A stretch of DNA of 64,000 nucleotides, from positions 23,002,001 to 23,066,000 of the forward strand of contig OZ004612.1 of assembly GCA_963924565.1 (NCBI GenBank). The letters are read 5' to 3'. Positions 23,791-34,575 of the stretch are shown in pieces; positions within the stretch are counted from its first letter, which is position 1, and each line of letters begins with the position of its first letter. The stretch is from Ascidiella aspersa (lineage: Eukaryota). Position numbers and translations under genes: made by a program. The notes below the pieces were generated by a model that searched no databases, had not been told where the DNA came from, and saw nothing but the letters and a program-made list of their open reading frames with translations.

Positions 23791-25860
23791 TGTTGTATTA
23801 TTAATCAACTATATTTGGAGGATATATGTGGATGTGTATCCATTATCGTAATTAAACTTTATTTCATTTTGAAAAAAATTTATGAAGTTCACTTCATCAA
23901 TCAAATTAACAAAATTAAATACTCATAATTATCGTGACAAAAAATGTTATAATGACAGAATGATCAGCGACGATAAAGTATAGAAATATATATTTTTCTA
24001 TTTAAATCGCACCTGTATGACTTCGCGTTTTTGTAAATCTGAAAACTCGTTATAGAGATTGGGACGCTTTTATTTATTGACGCATATTTTGCAAATTACC
24101 TATAAAATCTAAATTTGCATGTATATAGTTAAGCATTTACCTATTCATCTGCTATTTAGTTCAAAATTTCGTTTTAAAACAACCTAATAAAACCTTAAGA
24201 AGATTGATTAAATACCCCATTTTAATACACAAATATTAATTGAAATAAATACTTTTTTTTCGTAGAACGTTTAATGGAACAATACAATTTTGTTCCGAAA
24301 TATTTTTTTATCGTTATCATTTATTATAAAGAAAGGCTTTTTTAACAGACGTATTACGAAAAGCAAAGTAATGTTAACGGTTTCCGCATTGTCGGAACGC
24401 TTTTGAAAACATTAACCGATTAAACTAAATTTCTGCAATTCGCCGTATGTATTAATCAATAATATATTAAAAGTTAATAAAGTAAAAAAATTAAACGTTA
24501 TTATACTTAGAAAAATTACATTCTGCGAAATAATTTCCAAGTCTGTTTTTTTTTTTACAAAAGATAACCGCGAAAATTATTTACAAAAGATAACCGCGAA
24601 AATAAATCAAAGGCGCAATACTGGCAAGATACGACAAGAGCACATTATAACGGAAAGCATCCAACAGTTATACAATGTGTCATGTCCACAGTGAAGTCAT
24701 TGTGGTTCTGTGGGACGTGAAAACGACATCTGAACTACTGTCGTTGATAACCTTATGTCAAAACAGGATAATACATTTGCATTCCATAAAACATTTTTGG
24801 TTTTAAAACACGTAAAAAACACTAAGATACCACTTAAATTGCTCCAAATTTAAGCATTAATAAAGGCAACCCTGCACTTTTTTTATAATTTCTTAAAACA
24901 TGAACATGTAATCGCAGCAGAGAAATTGGAGAAGATAAGGTTCGATGCCTGGAAGCTTCCAACAGTGTCATGTTGTACACGTGGCGATGCGTGAGTCCAC
25001 TTAAATCTGTAGCGATTTAGACTATCCGTGATCTTTGATGTTTTGCTTTTGTCTAATTTCTTGTCATGCTTGTCGGCGAACATGTACATTTGCGTTTTTT
25101 AGAACGATTTAACAGAAATATTCTGCTGAAGTCCATTTCGAAGAATCAAATATGGTACAATACAAGTTTTTCATAAGACCTATAAAATCTTTAACGAAAC
25201 AGAAGACAGTTAGATGTGCATCTGTGAAAAAAAGAAAAAGTGTCGCTGGCTATTTTAAGGCGAACTGAACTTAATCAAAGTAGGACTACCGGATAGCTGA
25301 ACTTAATTTACACATCTCGAAAATTAACCAACAGCCCATTCTAACAACAGGCAGAAATCATAACTTCCGGCAAATTTCTGCATTTTTATTCGACTAACTA
25401 ACAGAAACGTTTTGTTTTATTTCGTTAAAACAGCAATTTGAAAAACTGGTAGCGTTCGGATCAAACATGTGCATTTTCATACCATTATTGATTTATAAGG
25501 ACAGCAAACTTCTACAAATATACCTTACATTCAAATAACATCGTACCTTTCATAATGTAATCGAGACAAAAGCTTGTTATTGAAACAGCCTATGGTGAAT
25601 TTTGCCAGGAGTCACGACGGATGACCTTATGGGCGTGTGGCAACAGCCTTTCACAAATAAAACGCGCATATTGCGAGGTTTTTAGTGGTGTTCAACCTAG
25701 CGGAGAGAGGTGCTATGGTTATACATAGTGAAAGAGAAAGAAACTGGGCTCGGTTATACACATGTTTGTCATCGAAGTTCAGAGTGTGAAAACAAATCAT
25801 CGTAAAATGAATTTTATTACAAAATATTGCATTTGAATGAAATAAAACAGAACAAGAATA

Positions 25861-27787
25861 CTACGAAAGATTTTCCGCAGTATAAGACGGAGAAAATTCT
25901 TGCTGCAAAACGGCATTACCGGAATAATAACCCTCGTCGGTGGAACTCAATGGTGAGCGAAAATTAATATTGGGCTGAAAATTTGCAGAATGATTTTGAA
26001 CATTAAAATTATTTTCAGGGTATGCAAATAACTGGCAGTTTTCATATGCAAGGGGTGATGTATTGTTCGATACCGGTAAACTTGCAGCGTTATAATCCTC
26101 GAACAAGAAAGGTTGTTGCGCGTCATAACCTTGTGGCGACATGACGTCAGGTGTAGGGTCTTGCCGATACGTCATCAAAGGTGACGTCTGGGGAAAGAAA
26201 ACCTGCTGCGACTCATGGCCGAGGACTTGTGCTGGAGATTGGCTGCTGGTGGGATGACTGTAAAACAAGCATTCGGGAGATAGTTGAGGCTGGTAAGTGC
26301 TGTAACCGTTCGACATCTGCATGTTGTTTTGTTGAACTGGTGACCAGTCGGCTTGGGGAAAATTAGGCGCCGAGAATTTGCTCCTGCAACGTTTAGTCGG
26401 TTGCTGGTTGACTTGAGCATTGCTTGCATAGTGATCGACGGCCGATATGCATCGAGCGTTCTTCGTTTTGCCTCCGTCACTTCGGAATCCCCTCGCGAAT
26501 GGATTGTTCTCGATTTTAAGCTGAGTAACCTTGAAATACATGGAAGTAGTGAAATGTTTTGTTTTACTTGATGATTTAAAATTTGAGTTCAATTTAGCCA
26601 AAATGTGCGTTAGTTTTGATTACCATTTTAATTTATATCATATATGAAAATTGTGAAATTTTTACATGTTATTTGCAATGTAATTTACCTCATGATTCTG
26701 ATAAGCCGTTACTGTGATGAATGTAGTTTTAGCGAAGGCAAAAGTCGACATCGGTTCGTATTGAATTCTGGAGACATCGCTTGTTCTGACAATGTGCACT
26801 CGCATTTGATATCGATGCATTGAATGGACGTTAAACTGTGTAATAAAATGATAAATTTATCCTATAGGTACAAAACTTGCACAAGAAAATTTGTATATAG
26901 AATTACTTTTCACGCAAAACTAATATCGGCGAACAGCAATTCACCTTATCGGAAGCAGTTTGTGAAAACGAGTTCGTGAGTTTGACTTTGTGAAATGAAA
27001 CCAAATCTTTCATCCATTTGCTTCCGGTAGATGGCGACTTGGGGTGAAGGTAAAACTTCGGAGGAAGACGAGGCTCTCCACGACCAGAAACCGCCCATTG
27101 TCCGTTCTAATTAACAGCAAATTCGTTATTGATGAGATTGACAATTTAATCACACTTCACAAATTAAAAAATATAAGCAAATTAAAAGAATATACATTTG
27201 TCCAGTGATAATTTTAATTATATAACTATATATTAGTTCTAACAATCATGCTACCTGGAATTTATAGCGATTGTCGTCCATACTGATTACGTCCATTAAA
27301 ACACAGTAATGTGCGTTCGGCTCAAGACCAGATAATTTCACCCGGTAACCCGGAAACATACGTCTGAAAGGAAAAATAACATTTAGCTTACCAAAAAAAT
27401 CCAAATAAATAAAAATAGTTTATATAAATTTATTACATTCAGTTGATAATAAATTGGTTTAATGAATGTATGGCACAAATAAATTTAATGATGCGTGTTA
27501 AAACAAAAATATTATTGATACCCTTACCTTCCCGGTTTTGTGACAATCATTTCAGTTTGAGCTGCAGAAAACTTGTTCCATATTTCTTTGTCTTGCAACT
27601 TGACGGAAAGGTTTGGTTCGAGAGGAGACAAAACGACTTGAGAATGTTCTTCTGTTCCACTTGTCGAAGGCGAAACTTTTCCAATCCCTGTTTCAAAATA
27701 CGCAATTTGATCCTGTTGTTCGATCGGTCGCACATCTTTGCTTTGCCATGTTGGATAGACAGTGTGGCTGAACATTGTGCTTTCCAT
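25861..27787 (-). CDS. Tbx6-r: T-box transcription factor, Tbx6-related gene A, 448 aa, 5 exons
   Basis: Exons 27528-27787, 27255-27363, 26945-27106, 26689-26835, 25861-26529; GT-AG; T-box motifs [53 protein letters not shown]; AATAAA at 25813-25818. Subfamily assignment is from resemblance to ascidian Tbx6-r and was not tested by a tree. Confidence 0.9.
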
Positions 27788-27839
27788 GTTTAAACTGGAT
27801 GTTGACAGTTGTACGTTCAAATCAAGAATGATAATTCGG

Positions 27840-28000
27840 AGAAGCGTGCCACTGTATTTGTAGCACGCGACCAGCGCGGTCCATCGTTTAATCATCGGAC
27901 CAACAGTCATTAGACAGGATAACAACTGTTTAATGTCGCTTGTGGGTACCCCCAGCTGAGATGGCTGGAGCGCGGTGCAGAATTCTTATCTGTGTCCGAC
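27840..28000 (-). promoter_or_regulatory. Proximal promoter module of gene A, conserved in C, D, E and orphan copies
   Basis: TATA-like TACAAATA (27855-27862), CCAGCGCGG, CAGTTG E-box within CAGTTGTTATCCTGTCTAATGAC shared by all copies. Confidence 0.65.
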
Positions 28001-28529
28001 TCAATAACGTTATTATAGCAAGATTGCATATATCAAACAAATCAATGAACAAATTTGCTAAAATAATTATTTTGCAGTTATTTTATTTTAAAGTTCGTAA
28101 TTAGGACTTTTCATAAGAATTTAACTAAACTTAATTCGTTTGTGTAAACAAGTTTTTCGCTTTAGTGTATTCAAATGAGTTATATTTTAAAATAGTGAAA
28201 TCTATTCGTTGCCAAAATATATAAAAAGGTATTAAACCTCGAAATTGATTTTGCAAAGTTACTGGCTCTAAAATACAAACGCTATACGGGATGATTATTG
28301 TCGATAATAGTTTATAACGATTGCTATAGGAGTTTACCGCAGCGTTAAAATAATTAAAGAACATAAATCAAGTCAGCCAATTGGATCAAATTTGTGCAAT
28401 TTATCGTTCTTCATATATTCATCCATGAATTAGAAAAGTTGATAAATAATTATAGCTCCTTATATTTTATTATTACTTGTTCTTTTTTTATAAAAAGTAC
28501 ATAATCCCCAAAGATTTTGTTTTAATTTT

Positions 28530-28970
28530 TCACAAAATATAACCGCGAAATTAAATCAAAGGGTCTATATGGAACAATACCACAACTGCACTCCAAATAG
28601 CGGAAAGCGTCCAACAGTTATACAATGTGTCATGTCCTTAGTGAAGTCATTATGGTTCGGTGGGACGTGGAAACGACATCTGAACTACTGTCGTTGATAA
28701 CCTTATGTCAAAACAGAGATAAAATATTTGTATTACAAAAAAAACGTTAGTTTAGAAAACACGGCAAAACATTACCTTTACTTTAAATGTTTTAAAGTGG
28801 CAATAAAGACAACATAGCACCTTTCAAATTGTCATTAAAATATGAGCAATGAGCATGTTATCACAGCGGGGTAATTAGTGACGATAAGATTTTTTTTATC
28901 TTGGACACGTGGCGATGCTCGAGTACTCACGCGATCTTTGATCTTTCTAATCTTGCTATTGCCAAGTTTT
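28530..28970. promoter_or_regulatory. Candidate distal enhancer between divergent genes A and B
   Basis: Tcf/Lef sites ATCAAAG (28555-28561) and CTTTGAT (28936-28942), Zic-type CAGCGGGG (28864-28871), CACGTG; block conserved in the duplicate at about 24570-25060 while flanks decay. Confidence 0.5.
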
Positions 28971-29399
28971 GTTTGTGACTCGATAACATTTTTTAAAATA
29001 TTTATTTTCAAGCAAAAATTGGTCTAATGCAAAGTTTAAAATGACATACTTGACATATGCATGACTTGTATATGTGTAACGACGTGCCGTAATGTGTTTC
29101 AATTTAAGGCAAACTTTAAACATTTAGTAAATCCTAATTCCATTTTAATTTAATAAATCCTAAATACATCTCGGTTAAAACTGATGCTCGCCAACCTGAA
29201 GAAAATGCACATAACGTCTGGCCTTTTCGAATTTAGTCAAATGACAAGCATTTATATATATATATCTTTTTTTCATATATATATTCTTTTAAGTATGTAA
29301 AATATATAATATTGGATCGGGAGCATGGCCCTTTTTGTGTTTCTCATCGTAAAATTTTGAATTTTTGCCAAGAGCAGGCCAGGCCAGAGAGCTTCTAAT

Positions 29400-29975
29400 T
29401 AAGAACAACACAAGAGGTGCTTATATTGCCACGAAAACACCCAAAACAAACTACACGGTGTCACGATTATTCTATCATACACACGCAATACGTGAAAAAA
29501 AACTTCGGCAAAGAAGTATTTAAAAGTTTTATATGGCGCAGCCCTGAACATACAGTGAACGTTCTCGTTATATACGGGGACCTCGTATTTACACGAGAAG
29601 AACATAAGTGGTGCTGATGATGCCAGAAAAACATCCAAAACTCACTATATAATATTCTAACATAGCACGGGCGATTATCCCATATTGAAAAAAAGTATTA
29701 TTAAGAGGTTTTCCAGTCCTGAAATTTCGGTGATCGTTGTCGTGAAATACTGATGCGGCCCAGAATGTATTGCCGAGAACCTAGTATTTACATCAGAACA
29801 ACACAAGTGATGCTGATGAAGATACCAGAAAAACATCCAGAACTCAATATCGATATTTCTAACATAGCACAAGTGATTCTTTCGTCCTGAAAAAAATGCG
29901 GTAATCGTTGTCGTGAAATACATATGCGCTGCAGGGTGGAATGCCAGGGACCTCTCGCCTTGGACTTGGGGGTGG
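29400..29975. repeat. Three diverged ~195-bp tandem units of a dispersed, probably MITE-internal repeat
   Basis: Units begin near 29401, 29585 and 29783 (AACACAAGTGGTGCT...CCAGAAAAACATCCA); homologous sequence at 3570-3800. Confidence 0.65.
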
Positions 29976-30190
29976 CACCTCTGGACGTCGTGCGGCTCCG
30001 GGTCGAGCCGGGGGCTGGACGTCGAGAGACTTGGGCGATTGCCAACGCAGCGGGAAGGTACGGGGCCGGCGGTCTTATCAGGAAACAGTTGTTTCTCCGC
30101 TAATAGGCCGTTAAACTTCAAGGGAGAAAGTGGCGCTGTGCAAGACGGCTATAAAACACGGCCCCGCGCTTCTTTCGCATCATTAAAAGG
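29975..30190 (+). promoter_or_regulatory. Gene B proximal promoter
   Basis: GC-rich; TATAAAA at 30150-30156; CAGCGGG (Zic-type), CTTATC (GATA) and CAGTTG (E-box) within about 110 bp upstream of the TATA. Confidence 0.65.
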
Positions 30191-30252
30191 TGTTCTCGCG
30201 TAAGAAAAGAGCTCATCCACAACCGAAAAGCAAAGGTGCCGGGCGAAGCGCT

Positions 30253-33200
30253 ATGACCGAGGCCATGCCGTTTGAAATGGTAAACTCAGCACCAGGCTGG
30301 CAAACGCGCGAAACGGATGGCATGTTGAATAGCAGTCACGATTTGGAAGAGAACTTTGTAAAGCGTACTGAAGACAGCGGTTGTGAAACTAAAGGCTGGT
30401 CAGCAAACGGGCCTTCTGCTTGTGTGTCGGGTAAGTTGCGCTGTTGAATATATAGTTAAATTTAGCGGAGAAGGAATTTATACTCTAGTATATATATATA
30501 TATATGTTTTTCTATGGTATATATATATTTTTTCTCGCTTATAGTTGCAATTCTATTGCACAAAAGAAGATTTCCCGGAATAGGTAATCGAAACGTTGGC
30601 ACTTTTATAAAATTTTGCCGGAAAAACAATTTTATAATTGAAGCAATTTATACACTGAAAACGCATGTTTAAGTGTTACGCGTTTTTACTTAAATAAAAT
30701 GGTATACTTTCGCATTTCAATCTAATTTCACTACTTCAATTTTTTAGATATATCAACAAATAATTGCCCCATTTACGAAACCAACGCCACTTTGAAATCA
30801 ATCGGAAATCCTTCCCTATTCGTTCGTTCACCAACGGATCCAGAAATTAATGTTCAACTACAAGACTTCAACTTGTGGTCGAACTTTTCCGCGGCACAAA
30901 CGGAAATGATCGTCACGAAAACTGGAAGGTAGGACTAGGGTTTACCCTTATCGAGAATTGTCTCATCCTGTATGTTCAGGATCCAAAATTGAAAGTAGCT
31001 TATACCTATTCGTTTCCTCCTAAATAGTAACAAGTAAAACTCATATACTCCTAAATAGTATTGGCGCTTTGATTAGTAAAATACCGCTGAAACCGCAAGC
31101 AAGGCCAGGCTAGAAAAACGACTATAGCCTTGAGGTTTGAACTCAAGACCTCGGCGATAAAGCAATATAAATCACCGGACGAAAATGTGTTAGGATTTAG
31201 GACCAGCACCGTTTAGGCTGTTTCAGGTTGATTGTCATTTCGTTGAACGCATTAAAAAAGATTTTTAACTATTTTTCAAAAGGTTGTGTTTTAGGGTGTT
31301 TTAGGTTGTTTGTCGCTGGCAATGTATTTCACATTGTGCAAATTTGAATTAAAGATGTTGTTCAAGTTTGATTAAAAATTGCGCGAAACGACATATTCTC
31401 TACAATGTAAAGTTAATTAGCTATAGAGTTTTGTTTTACACTTCGCGTGCTTACCTTAAGCGATTGTCTTGCAGGCGAATGTTTCCCGGCTACAGGGTCA
31501 AGTTTTCCGGCCTAAATACCACCGCTCAATATTGCGTCCTCATGGATTTGGTCAGCGTGGATGACAACCGCTACAAGTTTCAGGTTCAAATCAATGTTGT
31601 AATGACTTAAGTCAATGATAAAGCAACCGATACAAGTCAATGACTTGACTTAAGTCTTTTGGGCAAAATGACCTGACTTAACTCAAGTCTGTTGGGTAAA
31701 TGACTTGACTTTTTGGGTTAAAATGAAGTGTTTTCATCAATCATTTTTTTTTGTAAAATTGGGTTATTTATTTTAAGTTTTGCCCATTGCTTGCTGTATA
31801 TTGTGTTTGTGGTAGTTTTAGTTAAGGTATACGGACTAGTTTACCCAATTATAATTTACAAGGACTTGACTTTTTATTTGACTTGGTCTAGTTATGACTT
31901 TACACCTTAGACTTAAGTTTTTTTACAAATGAATTGACTGGGACTTAAGTCATTTCAAAATGACTTGTTTTCAACACTGGTACAAATAACCCGGCGGTTT
32001 GTTTCGCTGTTTAAATGGGACTGGTTAGAGAAATGTCTGACGCATTGGACGTAATAATAATACGTGGACGACAGTGACAAATAGACGAAAACAATTTTAC
32101 ATCAACAAATATATATTAGAATTAAAATGTAGGTATTAAATAAATTGAATTGGAGTTAACTTATACTCTTATTATTAAAATATTTTCATTGTGCACGTCA
32201 TAAAATAAAAACCGACTAGTTGGATATAAATGGTTGGCTAGGTCTGATTGTAAAAAAAAAAGATTGACTAAATTAAATATCTTTGTTAATGTATCGCGTG
32301 CTACCCCAGTAACCACTATAACGGATAAATCGGTCGTTGATTTTACGGCAGAGTAAGCTGCGAGAAGCGAACCAAATTTCAATAAAGGGTAGTCAACTAG
32401 TGAATGGAATGAAATTTGACATTTGGCATTTGGCATTTTTATGGAATTTTTTGCTTTTCTAAACGAGTTATTTTTCAGGGCGGCGAATGGCGTATTGCGG
32501 GAAGAGGCGAGCCCCGAATTCCGCCCAAATATTACCTGCATCCACACTCACCGACAACTGGCGGCCAATGGATGAAAGAGATCGTTTCCTTCCATAAGGT
32601 TAAGCTTACCAACTCATGCGGCAACTCATCTAACGGCAATGTGAGTAAAAACGCCAGCTTTGTTTGTTCCAAAAGGATTTTAAAAATTTAAAAAGGGCAT
32701 TTTTTTAATGGTTGTTAAGTTTCAACATTTCTAACGGCCTTTCTTCACTTAAACTTGTAAAGATGTAATCAATAAAATAATTCCGAGTTTGGAAATGAAA
32801 TTGCTGATAACTGCGACCAAACCTTGTAGCATCTGAAAACACGGAAATATTACTTATCACATTTACCATGAACGTTATATAAGTGATATTTTATAGTCAC
32901 CCGTCCGCATTTTGGGATTTTTAGACTTTCAACTTTAATTGTAAGTTAACAGGCATAAAAAATGTGTCAAATACTTTAGGTTGTAACCAATGGACAAAGG
33001 TTTTTAATCTTGTACTTTATTCCAAATCCTTAGATCCTACTTTTTTGGTATTTGCATTGTATGGTGCAAAGGAAATTATCTAGTGCTTTTGGGCTTTTAA
33101 TCCTAATGTTGTTTTTGTCGTTCTTTTTACAATGTAAACGATTTTTTCCCAAGTTTCTCATCCACTCGATGCACCGCTACCAACCTCGCATCCACGTGGT

Positions 33201-34575
33201 ACGTACTCATGACGTAAGCAATATTCAGCACGAACCGAAGTCAATGTTTGCCTTTCCGCAAACTGTCTTCATCACAGTGACAGCGTATCAAAATCACCAG
33301 GTACAGATAAAGCAACCAATACTGGAATATAGTTGGCACTGTATAAAGACATATTGTATTGAATTCTCAACTAGCTTTCGCACAACCGTGCTTCATCAGG
33401 TCAAAGTGCTACAAAATGTTTACCAAAGTGTTATTCCTCTATTTAGAATTGGATTTACAAAATTTACAAAGATTTGGAATATTGCTAACATTACATATTT
33501 CTTTCAATTTACTTGACAGCTTTAATGGTCTTAACAGGTCGTATATTAACATGATAAAAGGTCGTTAGGTATAGCAGCGATATGCCTCTTGTATGCAGAG
33601 TATTGAGTATTGTGCATAAAACCTGTATAACAACACGTGCTTAATATATTGTGTCATAACTAAAAATCAGATAAGAAATTGAATTTTAACCAAACTGATT
33701 TATCGTTTTCAATTTAGGTTACTAAGCTGAAAATCGAGAACAATCCGTTTGCGCGGGGCTTTCGAAACGACGGAGGAAAGACCAAGAACGCCCAGCTTAT
33801 TCAGTCATGCTTTCCCTTCGATTTTACCGGCAACGGAATGCTCCCCTCTCGCGTTCCGTCGTTCCAGAATCGAGGAGTGAAGCGTTCGAGGGAAACTGAA
33901 CGCGTAGGTGGTTCTCAAATGACAACGCCATCAACCGGTCCGTTGAACGTCCAACCGATCGGTCTCTCCGATTTTCAAACTGCTAGCTTTACATATATGC
34001 AGCAAAATCAAGAGCTGTGTTTACCAGTGGGCGCATACCACTCTGAATACAGACCGGCGCCGGATATTCAAACGTTTCATCGAAAGCACAACGCATACGA
34101 GCAAAACAGACAATTCGATCTGTCACCGAACCACCAAGAGTCAGGTTGCGATTCCAGCACTTTTTCCAATCAAGATTTTCAACCAATCGAAGAAGGTGCT
34201 TCGACGCAGATCAACCACTATAGTGATTTTAATGAGACGGAAACCACCTCAGGCTCAATCTCGCCGGATCCTCTGGTTACATTGAATAACATAAATCAAT
34301 ACGAAGCCAATGCTGTCCAGCCTACGTGGGCATTCACCTACGAACCTTCTGTTTCAATTCCTTACCTCCAAACAACGACCAATCCGTCTCCACCGTGTTC
34401 AAACGATGACGGATATTTTTCAACTTCGTTGAGCAATCCTGACGACGATCTCGCCTTTTTAGAACAATGCACGACCTCTCAGGAGTATCCCAACCTTTCC
34501 GCCACTACCAGTCAAAACTTCATCGACATGTTACTGCCAAAACACGAAAGGAACGTTGATTTCGATTCGTTATAG
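30253..34575 (+). CDS. Tbx6-r: T-box transcription factor, Tbx6-related gene B, 544 aa, 6 exons
   Basis: Exons 30253-30430, 30748-30928, 31475-31583, 32479-32640, 33154-33300, 33718-34575; same 109/162/147-nt T-box exons as the paralogs; [26 protein letters not shown]; AATAAA at 34699 and 34731. Confidence 0.9.
30556..30602 (+). ncRNA. Highly degenerate hammerhead-like remnant in gene B intron 1
   Basis: UGCA CAAAAGA A GAUUUCC CGGAAUA GGUAAUC GAAAC GUU GGCAC: stem II and GAAAC-GUU present, CUGA core mutated; follows a (TA)n tract. Confidence 0.35.
31592..31979. mobile_element. hAT (Ac-like) MITE inserted at the exon 3 splice donor of gene B
   Basis: TIRs CAATGTTG / CAACACTG; TSD GTTCAAAT (31584-31591) / GTACAAAT (31980-31987); many subterminal TGACTT/AAGTCA repeats. 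Confidence 0.75.
33366..33405 (-). ncRNA. Minimal type I hammerhead ribozyme motif with intact core, antisense within gene B intron 5
   Basis: Minus strand UUUGAC CUGAUGA A GCAC GGUU GUGC GAAA GC UA GUUGAG: full CUGAUGA/GAAA core, perfect 4-bp stem II, 6-bp stem I (3 G-U), palindromic AGCU replacing helix III, CUA cleavage triplet. Confidence 0.7.

Noticed and set aside
27788-27925. N-terminal ORF extension of gene A and the ORFs 39660-39938 and 45476-45739
   Set aside because: These run through promoter and 5' UTR sequence; the frame relative to the ATG differs between paralogs
29400-29900. Spaced repeats here, the 9401-9534 array and the AACGTT arrays considered as CRISPR-like
   Set aside because: Eukaryotic context, degenerate units, no unique equal-length spacers, no cas genes
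31125-31160. B-box-like GAGTTCAAACC on the minus strand suggesting a tRNA
   Set aside because: No cloverleaf; at most a decayed tRNA-derived SINE head
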